DNA from: Candidatus Micrarchaeota archaeon | Lineage (GTDB): Archaea > Micrarchaeota > Micrarchaeia > Anstonellales > Bilamarchaeaceae | Assembly: GCA_038046765.1 (NCBI GenBank) | Contig: JBBSVN010000002.1 | Location: 57,929 to 121,928, forward strand | Reading direction: 5' to 3' | Length of the DNA stretch: 64,000 bases | In this document: positions 9,897 to 18,367 of the stretch, in pieces | Layout: each line of letters opens with the position of its first letter | Position numbering within the stretch: position 1 is the stretch's first letter | Notes under the pieces: generated by a model | Database searches by the model: none | What the model saw: the letters and a program-made list of their open reading frames with translations, nothing else | What the model was told of the DNA's origin: nothing | Position numbers and translations under genes: made by a program

Positions 9897-11158
9897 GTTA
9901 TCACCCTGTTTAAGGATATTAATTCCTCAATTGTTATATTTAAAACTTTCGGAAACAACCGCAAATCACTATTTTTGACAATTTCTTTGTTTTTCAACAT
10001 TTTACCATAAATAAACATCAATTTTGTGTATGTATTCTCTATCGAGAATTCATTCGATTTTAGTATATTGTTTTTCCTTATATTTGCGCATAATTGCGGA
10101 TCCAATAATAATTTGTCTATTGCTATTGCAAAATGTTTAGGGTCTCCCTTTTCAACAAGAAACCCATTTGAAAAATCTTTTACATAATCAATTACTCCTC
10201 CACTTCGAACTCCTACAACTGGGAGTCCGGCAGTCATTGCTTCTAAAAATGTTAAGCCGCTTGTTTCAGTATCTGAAGGTGATGCAAAAATTTCCGTATT
10301 ATAATATATGCTTCTTAACATTTCGTCTGTTACAAAACCCGTAAATATTATGTTTCTTATTTCAAGTTTTTTTGCAAGTTCTTTATATTTTTCTATATAT
10401 GGTCCGTCCCCTGCGATTATTAGCAGTAAATTTATATATTTCCTTTCAAGTATCTTATAAGCTTTAAGTAAAATTTCAAGTTTTTTTTCAAAGCTTATTC
10501 TACCAATGTATGAAATTATTCTGACATTTTTTTGTATGTTATATTTTTCAAATAATATTCCATCGAATTTTTGTAAATATTCTCTCCTGAATTTTTGATG
10601 ATTTATTCCGTTTGGCAAATACACGACATTTTTAAGCCCGTATTTTTTTAAGATATGTAAAAATTCTCTTGATGGCGAGGTCACAACATCAAAATTTGAA
10701 TATATTCTTCTTATAAGTTCAGTTGTTGTCTTTTTGTAAACTGGTTCAAATACTGTAAGTTTACCCTTTGTTAAATGTGGAAAATAATCTGGAAGATGCG
10801 TATGGTATGTTGCGATTGTCGGAATTCTTAAAAGTTTGGCTGCTGCTAAACCCTGTATTCCAAGATTTACTGGGATATGCAAATATGCAATATCGACTTT
10901 TTCCCTTTCCATTATTTTGTAAATATCAAGAAAAGAAAGTTTTGCCATGCTATATCCCTTATAAAAAGGGAATGGTCTTCCCGGTACATGGATAACTTTA
11001 AAATTAGGGGATTTTGGGTCAATTGTTAGCTTTTTCTCTCCTGGAGTAAATAGAATTACCTGATGCTCTTTAGTTAATAAAGGAATTAGGGTGGATAAAA
11101 AAACAACCACTCCATTTTTTTGTGGTTCGTATGTTTCAGTAAACAAGGCAATCTTCAT
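9848..11158 (-). CDS. Glycosyltransferase family 4 (GT-B)
   Basis: MKIALFTETYEPQKNGV, ATYHT, PNGI, GRISFEK, ETSGLTFLEAM. Confidence 0.92.
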   Translation of the reverse strand: MKIALFTETYEPQKNGVVVFLSTLIPLLTKEHQVILFTPGEKKLTIDPKSPNFKVIHVPGRPFPFYKGYSMAKLSFLDIYKIMEREKVDIAYLHIPVNLGIQGLAAAKLLRIPTIATYHTHLPDYFPHLTKGKLTVFEPVYKKTTTELIRRIYSNFDVVTSPSREFLHILKKYGLKNVVYLPNGINHQKFRREYLQKFDGILFEKYNIQKNVRIISYIGRISFEKKLEILLKAYKILERKYINLLLIIAGDGPYIEKYKELAKKLEIRNIIFTGFVTDEMLRSIYYNTEIFASPSDTETSGLTFLEAMTAGLPVVGVRSGGVIDYVKDFSNGFLVEKGDPKHFAIAIDKLLLDPQLCANIRKNNILKSNEFSIENTYTKLMFIYGKMLKNKEIVKNSDLRLFPKVLNITIEELISLNRVITWQKRKLQNLLQKRKM

Positions 11159-11177
11159 ATAAATCAGCTATTCGCCG

Positions 11178-11237
11178 TTGGCAGGTAGCATGTAGCAAAA
11201 ATTACTATATGGCTACAAGCTAATGGCTACTTGCTAA
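11178..11237. repeat. Degenerate heptamer array (TAGCNNG/GCTANNN), inverted pair
   Basis: ttggcag gtagcat gtagcaa … ggctaca agctaat ggctact tgctaat. Confidence 0.7.
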
Positions 11238-12329
11238 TTACTTAGATATATTTAAACAGTATGTTTGCTTTGTTACATTGTTAATTTGGTTGCAGAAAGT
11301 CTGATTTTTGTTCTTTCCAGCCATTTCAGTATAACAATCGTCCTTAAATTCAGACGAACCGACACTTTGGCATATTCCTGTGTTATTTTGCGATATTGCA
11401 AAGTTTATGTAACAGATATCTGATTTAGCTCCTGCTGCATTGCATAACTCTTTATATCCTAAGTCAAAGGACATTGAAAATACGCACGAATCTTTTTCCA
11501 AAGATGTCGGCTTAGCATAACAATTTCCGAGTTGTTGTTTTAGTATTATCTCTTGTGCAACTAAATCACTTATAGTTATATTTTCAGTTATGTTTGGTCG
11601 ATCTAAAAGTGTCTTTGCCTTATCTTTATCCGATTGTTCTATTAAATAAAATTCGTTGGTTCTGTTGCTCCCCAAATAATCATAGTCGAATTTTTTGTAT
11701 AATGTTACTCCTTCATCTGTTATGCATACACTTGATCTGAAAAATTTAGGGCTGCTTGGTCCAATTCCGAATTTTGGTGCATCACTTAATGAAAGTACGG
11801 AATAATTGAGTGTGTAGTCTATAAAGTTGCACGTTCTTCCCTCAATAGTTTTATTTACTGCCTGTCCTATGAATTGTATTACGCTTTTGTTATAAATCAA
11901 AGTTTTCAAATTTTCTATTGTTTTTTCTGTACTCTTATCATCAAAAATAAGGCTACTTAATGTTTTTACATAATTTGCATTCTCATCAACTTCACCGCAC
12001 GATTCATTGTCATCTAGAAGTTTTACGCACATTATTGTCTGGTTGTCAAAAAGATATAATTTCTTTTCGCTTATGACTGATTTAATTTCTACATACTCCC
12101 CATTGGGGTACTTTGCAATTATGTCCGTATTATTATAACTATTTATTTTTTCATTATAATTATAGTAATATGTTGTTTTTCCCTTTGCAATCTGGAAACT
12201 TTTTATATAAAGCTCCTTAATTTGCTTTTGAGTATCTGTTTTTTGCGCATTTTGCTGCACAGAATATACTATAAAACCTCCAAGTAAAATAATTACGACT
12301 AACATTACTACAAAATTTGTTTTTGACAT
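11238..12329 (-). CDS. Membrane-anchored/secreted protein with C-terminal Cys-paired helical repeats
   Basis: N-terminal TM/signal, many N-x-S/T sequons, C-terminal repeats (KDSCVF…ELC, SDICYI…GIC, KDDCYT…TFC). Confidence 0.75.
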   Translation of the reverse strand: MSKTNFVVMLVVIILLGGFIVYSVQQNAQKTDTQKQIKELYIKSFQIAKGKTTYYYNYNEKINSYNNTDIIAKYPNGEYVEIKSVISEKKLYLFDNQTIMCVKLLDDNESCGEVDENANYVKTLSSLIFDDKSTEKTIENLKTLIYNKSVIQFIGQAVNKTIEGRTCNFIDYTLNYSVLSLSDAPKFGIGPSSPKFFRSSVCITDEGVTLYKKFDYDYLGSNRTNEFYLIEQSDKDKAKTLLDRPNITENITISDLVAQEIILKQQLGNCYAKPTSLEKDSCVFSMSFDLGYKELCNAAGAKSDICYINFAISQNNTGICQSVGSSEFKDDCYTEMAGKNKNQTFCNQINNVTKQTYCLNISK

Positions 12330-12502
12330 AAGAATACCTCTAATGATCTTATTAATAAGTTTTCCTACGTAGTATTAAAAAGCATATCCTTATTTTTATA
12401 ATTCTTATTCTAAAACATAATAATAAATTACTTAGCTGTGTTATGTGCTCTAAAATTAAATGTGTTTTAAACACTAAACAAAAAATTTTGTGGTGAGGAG
12501 AA

Positions 12503-12949
12503 ATGGGATTTCTTGATTTTTTAAATAAAAAAAATGAAAGTGCAAGTGAAGACATTGAACTGCAGGAAGCTAATGCCAGAAGTGAAACTAGGATCAAAAT
12601 GAATATTAGTTTTTCTCCACTACGGCTTAGTGCAGGTAAGGAAAGTAAGATAAAAATGATTGTCAAGATAAAAAATGAATCGAATACACCTATGTTGATC
12701 TCAGTAGATGCACTTTTATCCAAAAAAGACCTGATTGGCTTTGACTCTGCATGCGTTAGCAAACACAGTGAAAAGAAAATCGGCGAAATAAAAGCAGGAG
12801 AAACAAAAGAAGCTGTTTTCGATATCTGTTCATCAAATCAGACGAAACAGGGTAATTACAACGTAGGGGTTAACGTATATTCGCACTACCTTGATTACGA
12901 TAAGGTCATTAACTATGTAAAAAGAGTAATTAGCCTAAGGGCCGCTTAA
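12503..12949 (+). CDS. Hypothetical protein, probable Ig-like beta-sandwich
   Basis: GGTGAGGAG RBS; MIVKIKNES…IGEIKAGETKEAVFDI…GNYNVGVNV pattern. Confidence 0.65.
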   Translation: MGFLDFLNKKNESASEDIELQEANARSETRIKMNISFSPLRLSAGKESKIKMIVKIKNESNTPMLISVDALLSKKDLIGFDSACVSKHSEKKIGEIKAGETKEAVFDICSSNQTKQGNYNVGVNVYSHYLDYDKVINYVKRVISLRAA

Positions 12950-12967
12950 TTTTTTATTTTCATTTTT

Positions 12968-13228
12968 TTATTCAATTAATTTTTTTCGAATATCCTCTAT
13001 CAAACTTGCTAAGTACTTTCCTTTTTCAGTAAGCTTGATTATTCTTTTCTTACCTATTATTTCTGTTGTAACTATCCCATCTTTTTCAAGTTTGGGTATA
13101 AAATTAGCTATAAACACATAAGTTACGTTTGCTGATTTTGCGAGTTTTGAGAGATACCAATCAATGTTCTGATCACGTAGCGTTACAAGTACTCTACACG
13201 GTTTTTCCCTTAAAAAAGAGTCAATCAT
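12968..13228 (-). CDS. Winged-helix (MarR-like) transcriptional regulator
   Basis: YLSKLAKSANVTY…LEKDGIV…GKKRIIKLTEKG. Confidence 0.8.
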   Translation of the reverse strand: MIDSFLREKPCRVLVTLRDQNIDWYLSKLAKSANVTYVFIANFIPKLEKDGIVTTEIIGKKRIIKLTEKGKYLASLIEDIRKKLIE

Positions 13229-13297
13229 AAATTAGATAATCCGAATCAGTATTTAAACTTTTATAATAAGTCTGTTAATTCGTGTGTTAGAATAATT

Positions 13298-13598
13298 CGC
13301 CTCCACCGCGATTTTCAAGTCTTGACGTTTTGCGTCTTGCGTTTCGTTCTAAGAATTATCGCAAGGCTTCCCGATTGAAAGAAGAATTTCTTTCAATGGG
13401 CGCAATGAACGTTGCGATGTTCATTCGCGTTGACCAAGACCTTTACCTTTGCCGCAAGAAATTGCTCTGTCAAAAGTAATGGTTTTGAACACGGATTATA
13501 AGATTTCTGCTAATTTATATTAGCCGCAGTCTTACGTCCTTTTGGCTCTAGATACCAAATCATTTGGCATCTATAAATCCAGGTTAGACTATGGAGGC
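13298..13598 (-). tRNA. tRNA-Arg(GCG) with three introns: D-loop 20b/21 (13541-13575, 35 nt), canonical 37/38 (13505-13523, 19 nt), T-loop 59/60 (13312-13483, 172 nt)
   Basis: Removing the introns gives a 75-nt cloverleaf: GCCTCCA/TGGAGGC acceptor stem, GTCT/GGAC D stem, TAAGA/TCTTA anticodon stem with loop CT-GCG-GA, CCGTG/CGCGG T stem with TTCAAAT. The junctions form BHB or relaxed BHB motifs. Confidence 0.92.
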
Positions 13599-13911
13599 AT
13601 TAAATTATTTTCCATTCTATTTTATATTTAGTCAATATAATTAAAAACTAATCCTTACAAATGACTATTAACGGATTAATCTATAATTGATCATAATTGC
13701 CATTTAACACACATCATACCATACCTTTAAATACTTATATATCAAATATTCTTATACGTTCTTTTAGTAAATTACACGCTTAAATAAATCAACCCTTTTA
13801 CGAGGGTTAATTGTGATTTTTATTTGAACAGGCTTATTGCTCTATCCTTAAAGTAAGATGCTTAGGGAATTAACGTGGGCTTAAGATCTTTACTAAATCT
13901 AAGGTGAATCA

Positions 13912-14064
13912 ATGAAAAAATGTTTATCTTGCGGCAGAAATTGCAAAGAATTTGCATCATTTATGTGTCCAAGTTGTTTAAATACAGAAGTAGTTAGATG
14001 TTACTCATGTAGGGAAGTAAGAAATGCTTACACTTGCGGTGGATGTGGATTCGTAGGTCCATAA
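13912..14064 (+). CDS. Small Zn-ribbon protein (DUF1610/HVO_2753-like)
   Basis: Not in the ORF track. MKKCLSCGRNCKEFASFMCPSCLNTEVVRCYSCREVRNAYTCGGCGFVGP, four CxxC motifs and a C-terminal CGFxGP. GGTGA RBS; conserved position upstream of EF-1beta. Confidence 0.9.
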   Translation: MKKCLSCGRNCKEFASFMCPSCLNTEVVRCYSCREVRNAYTCGGCGFVGP

Positions 14065-14075
14065 AAGGTGATTTT

Positions 14076-14333
14076 ATTTCATACGATGTCGCAGTTGATT
14101 TGAAAATATACCTAGAAGATGTTACTAAAATTAACGAAGTAAAAATAGAAGTAGAGAAAATAGGAAAAGTCCAGAATATGCGAGAAGAGGAACTAGGATT
14201 TGGTATTAAGACACTTAAATTAACTATTTTACTTAATGATTCTGAAGGCGGCATGGATGCTGCTGAAGAAAAAATTAAAAATATAAAATATGTTAGCGAA
14301 CTTGAAGTCGAAAATATTACTCGAATTTCCTGA
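14076..14333 (+). CDS. ef1b: Translation elongation factor 1-beta
   Basis: YDVAVDLKIY…EEELGFGIKTLKL…DSEGGMDAAEEKI. Start uncertain; probably ATT at 14076 after a GGTGA RBS. Confidence 0.9.
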   Translation: MSYDVAVDLKIYLEDVTKINEVKIEVEKIGKVQNMREEELGFGIKTLKLTILLNDSEGGMDAAEEKIKNIKYVSELEVENITRIS

Positions 14334-14367
14334 TTATTTACTATATTATAAGTCAATTGGTGATTAT

Positions 14368-15051
14368 TTGGTAGAAAAGAAAAAAGAACATCAAAAAGAA
14401 CAACAAGTCAAGAAACAACCTGTCAAGGAAGAAAAAGTAAGTGACAATCCAGAATTTAAGGGTATTGTTAGAATTGCAGGAAAAGATGTACGAGGTAATG
14501 TCCCTCTTAAACGAGCACTCTTAAGAGTAAGAGGTATTGGTTCAACAACGAGCGTTATTATTTCTAAAATCATAAATAATGAACTTAAAATTTCACCAGA
14601 TAAGTTGTCAGGTGACCTTAAGGATGAAGAAATTGAAAGTATTGATAAGTTACTTTTTAGTATTCATACACATAACTTGCCTTCATACTTGATGAATAAA
14701 CAATCTGATTTTATTGATGGTAGTTCAAAGCATTTTATCATGAACGATCTTTTATTTTCAACTAAACAGGATTTAGAGCGTGAAAAAAAACTCTATACCT
14801 GGAAGGGTTATAGGCATTCTTACGGACAAAAAGTCCGAGGTCAAAGAACTAGAAATACTGGTAGAACTGGTATGGCGGTAGGTGTTCTTAGAAAATCTAT
14901 TATTGGTGCAGCAGCCGCTGCAGCAGCTCCTAAAGAAGGGGCAGGTGCACCAGCAAAGGCAGCACCAGCATCAGGAGGTGCGGCAGCACCAAAGGCAGCA
15001 CCAGCCGCAAAGGCAGCAGCACCAGCAGCAAAACCAGCTGAAAAGAAGTAA
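14368..15051 (+). CDS. rps13: 30S ribosomal protein uS13 with Ala/Pro/Lys-rich C-terminal tail
   Basis: GIVRIAGKDV…VRGIG…WKGYRHSYGQKVRGQRTRNTGR. TTG start after GGTGA. Confidence 0.95.
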   Translation: MVEKKKEHQKEQQVKKQPVKEEKVSDNPEFKGIVRIAGKDVRGNVPLKRALLRVRGIGSTTSVIISKIINNELKISPDKLSGDLKDEEIESIDKLLFSIHTHNLPSYLMNKQSDFIDGSSKHFIMNDLLFSTKQDLEREKKLYTWKGYRHSYGQKVRGQRTRNTGRTGMAVGVLRKSIIGAAAAAAAPKEGAGAPAKAAPASGGAAAPKAAPAAKAAAPAAKPAEKK

Positions 15052-15078
15052 TATTAATTCAAACCAAGGTGTTTATTG

Positions 15079-15627
15079 ATGGGAGATCCACCAAAATTGA
15101 GAAACAAATATGAAAAACCAAAGATGTTATGGGATAAAGATAGGCTTGATGAAGAAAAAACCTATAAACGAGATTATGGTCTTAAAAACATGCGAGAACT
15201 TTGGATATGTGTCGCGCTATTAAAGAAATATCGAAGAGAAGCAAGAAGGTTGCTATCTGTAAGCGATGAAATTCGTACTAAAGACCAGGTAAAAATACTA
15301 TCTAAAGTTGCAAGACTTGGAATACTTAAGGATGGCGCAACTCTAGATGATATTCTTTCATTAAGTGTAAAAGATGTTCTTGAAAGACGATTACAAACTA
15401 TTGTAAAAAGACAAGGTCTTGCGAAATCTATGGCACAAAGTAGACAATTAGTGTCCCATGGTTTTATATCTGTAAAAGGGAGGAAAGTAACCTCTCCTAG
15501 TTACATCGTAACTATTGATGATGAAAAAATGCTCGGCTATGCAAAAGAAATCGATTTGGAGGCAAAGCCGACCACAGAAACAACTAAAGTTGACCAAACA
15601 ACTGCGGCAGTAGCCAAAGGTGAATAA
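15079..15627 (+). CDS. rps4: 30S ribosomal protein uS4
   Basis: MGDPPKLRNKYEKP…YGLKNMRELW…LERRLQT…RQLVSHG. Confidence 0.96.
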   Translation: MGDPPKLRNKYEKPKMLWDKDRLDEEKTYKRDYGLKNMRELWICVALLKKYRREARRLLSVSDEIRTKDQVKILSKVARLGILKDGATLDDILSLSVKDVLERRLQTIVKRQGLAKSMAQSRQLVSHGFISVKGRKVTSPSYIVTIDDEKMLGYAKEIDLEAKPTTETTKVDQTTAAVAKGE

Positions 15628-16221
15628 ATGGCAGAAGTAAAAGAAAAGAAAGAACACAAGGAAGTTTCAAAGAATACTACGAAAGATACTAAAGAAAATC
15701 ATAAAGAGACAAAGGTTAAAGAAACTGTTAAAGAAACTCCGAAAGAGGCTCCAAAAGAAGCTCCAGCAGAAGTATCGAAGGAATCTGCTACGCAAGTTGC
15801 TGCAGTATCTGCTCCAAAAATCGAACCTCCAAAAAGAAAATCCCGATATGCAGTTTTACATGTCTTTTCTTCTAAAAATGATACTATTATTACTGCTACT
15901 GATGTTAGCGGTGCCGAAACACTCGCATGGGCAAGTGGTGGTATGGTAGTTAAGGCAGATCGAGAAGAAGGTAAACCATATGCTGCAATGCAGGCTGCAT
16001 TAAAAGTTGTTGGTAATTTAAAAGATAAGGGTGTAACTCATGTTCATATCCGAATTCGAGCTCCCGGTGGTTCAGGAATAAAAACTCCTGGTTCGGGTGC
16101 GCAATCTGTTGTAAGAACTATTGCAAGAAGCGGTATTCGAGTTGCAAGAATAGAAGATGTAACTCCACTTCCAACTGATTCAATGAAAAGAAAAGGTGGA
16201 CGAAGAGGAAGACGAGTCTAG
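15628..16221 (+). CDS. rps11: 30S ribosomal protein uS11 with K/E/T/P-rich N-terminal extension
   Basis: [12 protein letters not shown]…[12 protein letters not shown]…[23 protein letters not shown]. Confidence 0.96.
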   Translation: MAEVKEKKEHKEVSKNTTKDTKENHKETKVKETVKETPKEAPKEAPAEVSKESATQVAAVSAPKIEPPKRKSRYAVLHVFSSKNDTIITATDVSGAETLAWASGGMVVKADREEGKPYAAMQAALKVVGNLKDKGVTHVHIRIRAPGGSGIKTPGSGAQSVVRTIARSGIRVARIEDVTPLPTDSMKRKGGRRGRRV

Positions 16222-16232
16222 GTGCTATTTTC

Positions 16233-16811
16233 ATGAAGGTTGATTTTGAAAAAGAACAAGCAAATCGGATACAATTTTCACTAGTTGGTGTTAGTCCAAC
16301 CTTTGCAAACGCAATTAGGCGATACGGTATGATGCGTATTCCAGTAATGGCAATTGATAACATCACCATCTATGAAAATACCTCCTCTATGTTTGATGAG
16401 TACTTAGCACAGCGGATTGGTTTAATTCCTCTTGTTACGCCTGCTAAAATTCCTGCAGAATCTGAAGCAGTTTTTATTCTTGATGAAGTTGGTCCAAAAT
16501 TAACAACTTCAAAAGATTTAAAAAGTAGCGACAGCGAAATTGTTCCAGCTCGTGAAAATGTTACAATAATTACTCTTGGCGAAAAACAAAAATTAAAACT
16601 AGAAGCAAAAGCCAAGCTTAATATTGGAGCAACACATGCTAAATATCAATCAGGAATTTTAAGCTACGAAATTGTTGGTGATGATAAATTCATTTTCAAA
16701 GTTGAAAGTCTTTATCATATGCCTACAAGAGAGATTGTAATGCGGGCATGCGACTTAATTGAAGACGATATAACTACTATCGTTAAGGAGTTGAAGAAAG
16801 TTGTTAAGTAA
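16233..16811 (+). CDS. rpoD: DNA-directed RNA polymerase subunit D (Rpo3)
   Basis: FANAIRR…IPVMAID…ENTSSMFDEYLAQRIGLIP…HAKYQ; follows rps11. Confidence 0.95.
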   Translation: MKVDFEKEQANRIQFSLVGVSPTFANAIRRYGMMRIPVMAIDNITIYENTSSMFDEYLAQRIGLIPLVTPAKIPAESEAVFILDEVGPKLTTSKDLKSSDSEIVPARENVTIITLGEKQKLKLEAKAKLNIGATHAKYQSGILSYEIVGDDKFIFKVESLYHMPTREIVMRACDLIEDDITTIVKELKKVVK

Positions 16812-16878
16812 TTTCTTTTTTTATATTCTCTAATTCAAATATATATGCTTTTTAAACTTTCTTAGTTCTTTAATAATT

Positions 16879-17205
16879 ATGGTTAGTGCATTAAAGAAAC
16901 AGCAAGAAGATAAAAATTTATTCACTACGTTTAGAGTTGGAGATCGCGAGAACGGGGATCTTATTTTTGTAAGTGGAGACGTTAACAGAAACGATCTACT
17001 AAGAAGTATTAGAAATCCCGCATCTCGAGATAAGGTCATTAATAATATGATTAAATTAAATGGATCAGACCTATCGCTCCAAGTTATCCATTATTTAGAC
17101 ATGATGGGTGGATATGCAATAATTGTCCGAGAAAAATTAGGTCAAAAATCTCCCGATATGCTTGCTGCAGTTCCAAAGAAAATTAAGAAAGAAAGGAAGA
17201 GCTAA
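16879..17205 (+). CDS. Hypothetical protein (108 aa)
   Basis: ORF with an upstream TTTAAA box, filling the gap before the convergent top6A. Confidence 0.6.
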   Translation: MVSALKKQQEDKNLFTTFRVGDRENGDLIFVSGDVNRNDLLRSIRNPASRDKVINNMIKLNGSDLSLQVIHYLDMMGGYAIIVREKLGQKSPDMLAAVPKKIKKERKS

Positions 17206-17242
17206 AAGCTACCAGCCAAATGCCACTAGCTAAAGGCTAATA
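17201..17242. repeat. Degenerate heptamer array (6 units)
   Basis: gctaaaa gctacca gccaaat gccacta gctaaag gctaata, between convergent genes. Confidence 0.75.
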
Positions 17243-17243
17243 A

Positions 17244-18341
17244 CTACGGTAACCATTTCTTTTTCTTAATCTTGTCATTAATATATTCTCCAACGAACGT
17301 TAACCTTTCTCCTTGTAACGCATCTTGTTCAATCTTTTTCTTAGTTGATAAAACCTGTTTTAGGTTACTTACCCATTCTTTATGTACGTTTATCCAAGGA
17401 TAACTAAGCATTTCTTCAGCTCGTTTTACGTCTACATCCTTTGCTTTAATAGTTAATTTTTGTAAAAATTCAAATTCTTGAATATCATCCATAGTAACTC
17501 CTAAAAACTTAGCTTCAGGAACTGCAAAATCACGACCTAAATAAGCTAGGTTCATACTTCCGGTTTTAATTGTCCAGTATATATACCATCCCCAGGCATC
17601 ACAGTCCATAAGTGTATAGACTGGTAATTTTTTATCAGCTAGTTTTCTAAGTAATCGCCTGGTTCCACGTGATGCTTGCCCCTTTGGTGTAACTAGAATA
17701 CAGTTTTCTTTTTTCCAGAATTTATCTTCGTTTAATCTCTGCCAAAGTGCATCTTTTTCAACTACTAGAACGTAATCTGCTTCTAAGTTTTCAATAGACA
17801 TTCCATTATCTACATCGCTTGGGATCATCCATCCGCTTCGACCTTGTTTACTTAAATCAATGACATTTTCTTCGCCTCCAAATTTATCACGAATAGTCAT
17901 TGCGCCAGCAACTACCCCTTTTCGGTCTGTTGTTAAGTGCATATCCTCTCGTTTTATCCCTAAGCCAACTTCTAAATCCTCAACAAGCGCATTCGATTCG
18001 CTTTGTTCGTTAAATAAATCTTCATCTAAATCTTCTCCAAGTGTAAACTTAAGCTGGTAAAATAAACCTCTGATACTTGTGTGTAATCCCTCATCAATAA
18101 ATTTTTTGGTTTTTGTTGCGATTGCGACAGTTTGCATAAAAGTTCTTGCCTGTGCAACACTTAGGAATCTCCTTATTTCCTGTCTGTTGCCTAGTCTAAG
18201 GCATCCGACACTTTCATCATAAATCGTATTCGCTTTTGATCGTACTACTGTTTCAAAAGTAGGGGTATTATCAGCTTTTATTTCACCTACCATCTTTTTT
18301 CCCATATCTTCTAATTTTTTTACTGCGATCTTATCAGTCAT
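17244..18341 (-). CDS. top6A: DNA topoisomerase VI subunit A
   Basis: SIRGLFY catalytic Tyr region, VLVVEKDA, PKGQASRGTR, DCDAWGWYI, IEQDAL. Confidence 0.96.
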   Translation of the reverse strand: MTDKIAVKKLEDMGKKMVGEIKADNTPTFETVVRSKANTIYDESVGCLRLGNRQEIRRFLSVAQARTFMQTVAIATKTKKFIDEGLHTSIRGLFYQLKFTLGEDLDEDLFNEQSESNALVEDLEVGLGIKREDMHLTTDRKGVVAGAMTIRDKFGGEENVIDLSKQGRSGWMIPSDVDNGMSIENLEADYVLVVEKDALWQRLNEDKFWKKENCILVTPKGQASRGTRRLLRKLADKKLPVYTLMDCDAWGWYIYWTIKTGSMNLAYLGRDFAVPEAKFLGVTMDDIQEFEFLQKLTIKAKDVDVKRAEEMLSYPWINVHKEWVSNLKQVLSTKKKIEQDALQGERLTFVGEYINDKIKKKKWLP

Positions 18342-18367
18342 AAATATTCACCAGTGATTGGCAATAA

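Noticed and set aside
9502..9978. 158-aa hydrophobic plus-strand ORF, and similar antisense ORFs (12352-12762, 21984-22511, 29875-30513, 41193-41759, 63169-63507)
   Set aside because: They mirror Lys/Glu-rich real genes on the other strand; the Phe/Leu/Ser richness comes from reverse-complemented codons.
14905..15045. GC-rich tandem repeats as a CRISPR array or mobile repeat
   Set aside because: In-frame Ala/Pro/Lys codons of the uS13 tail; no repeat-spacer structure.
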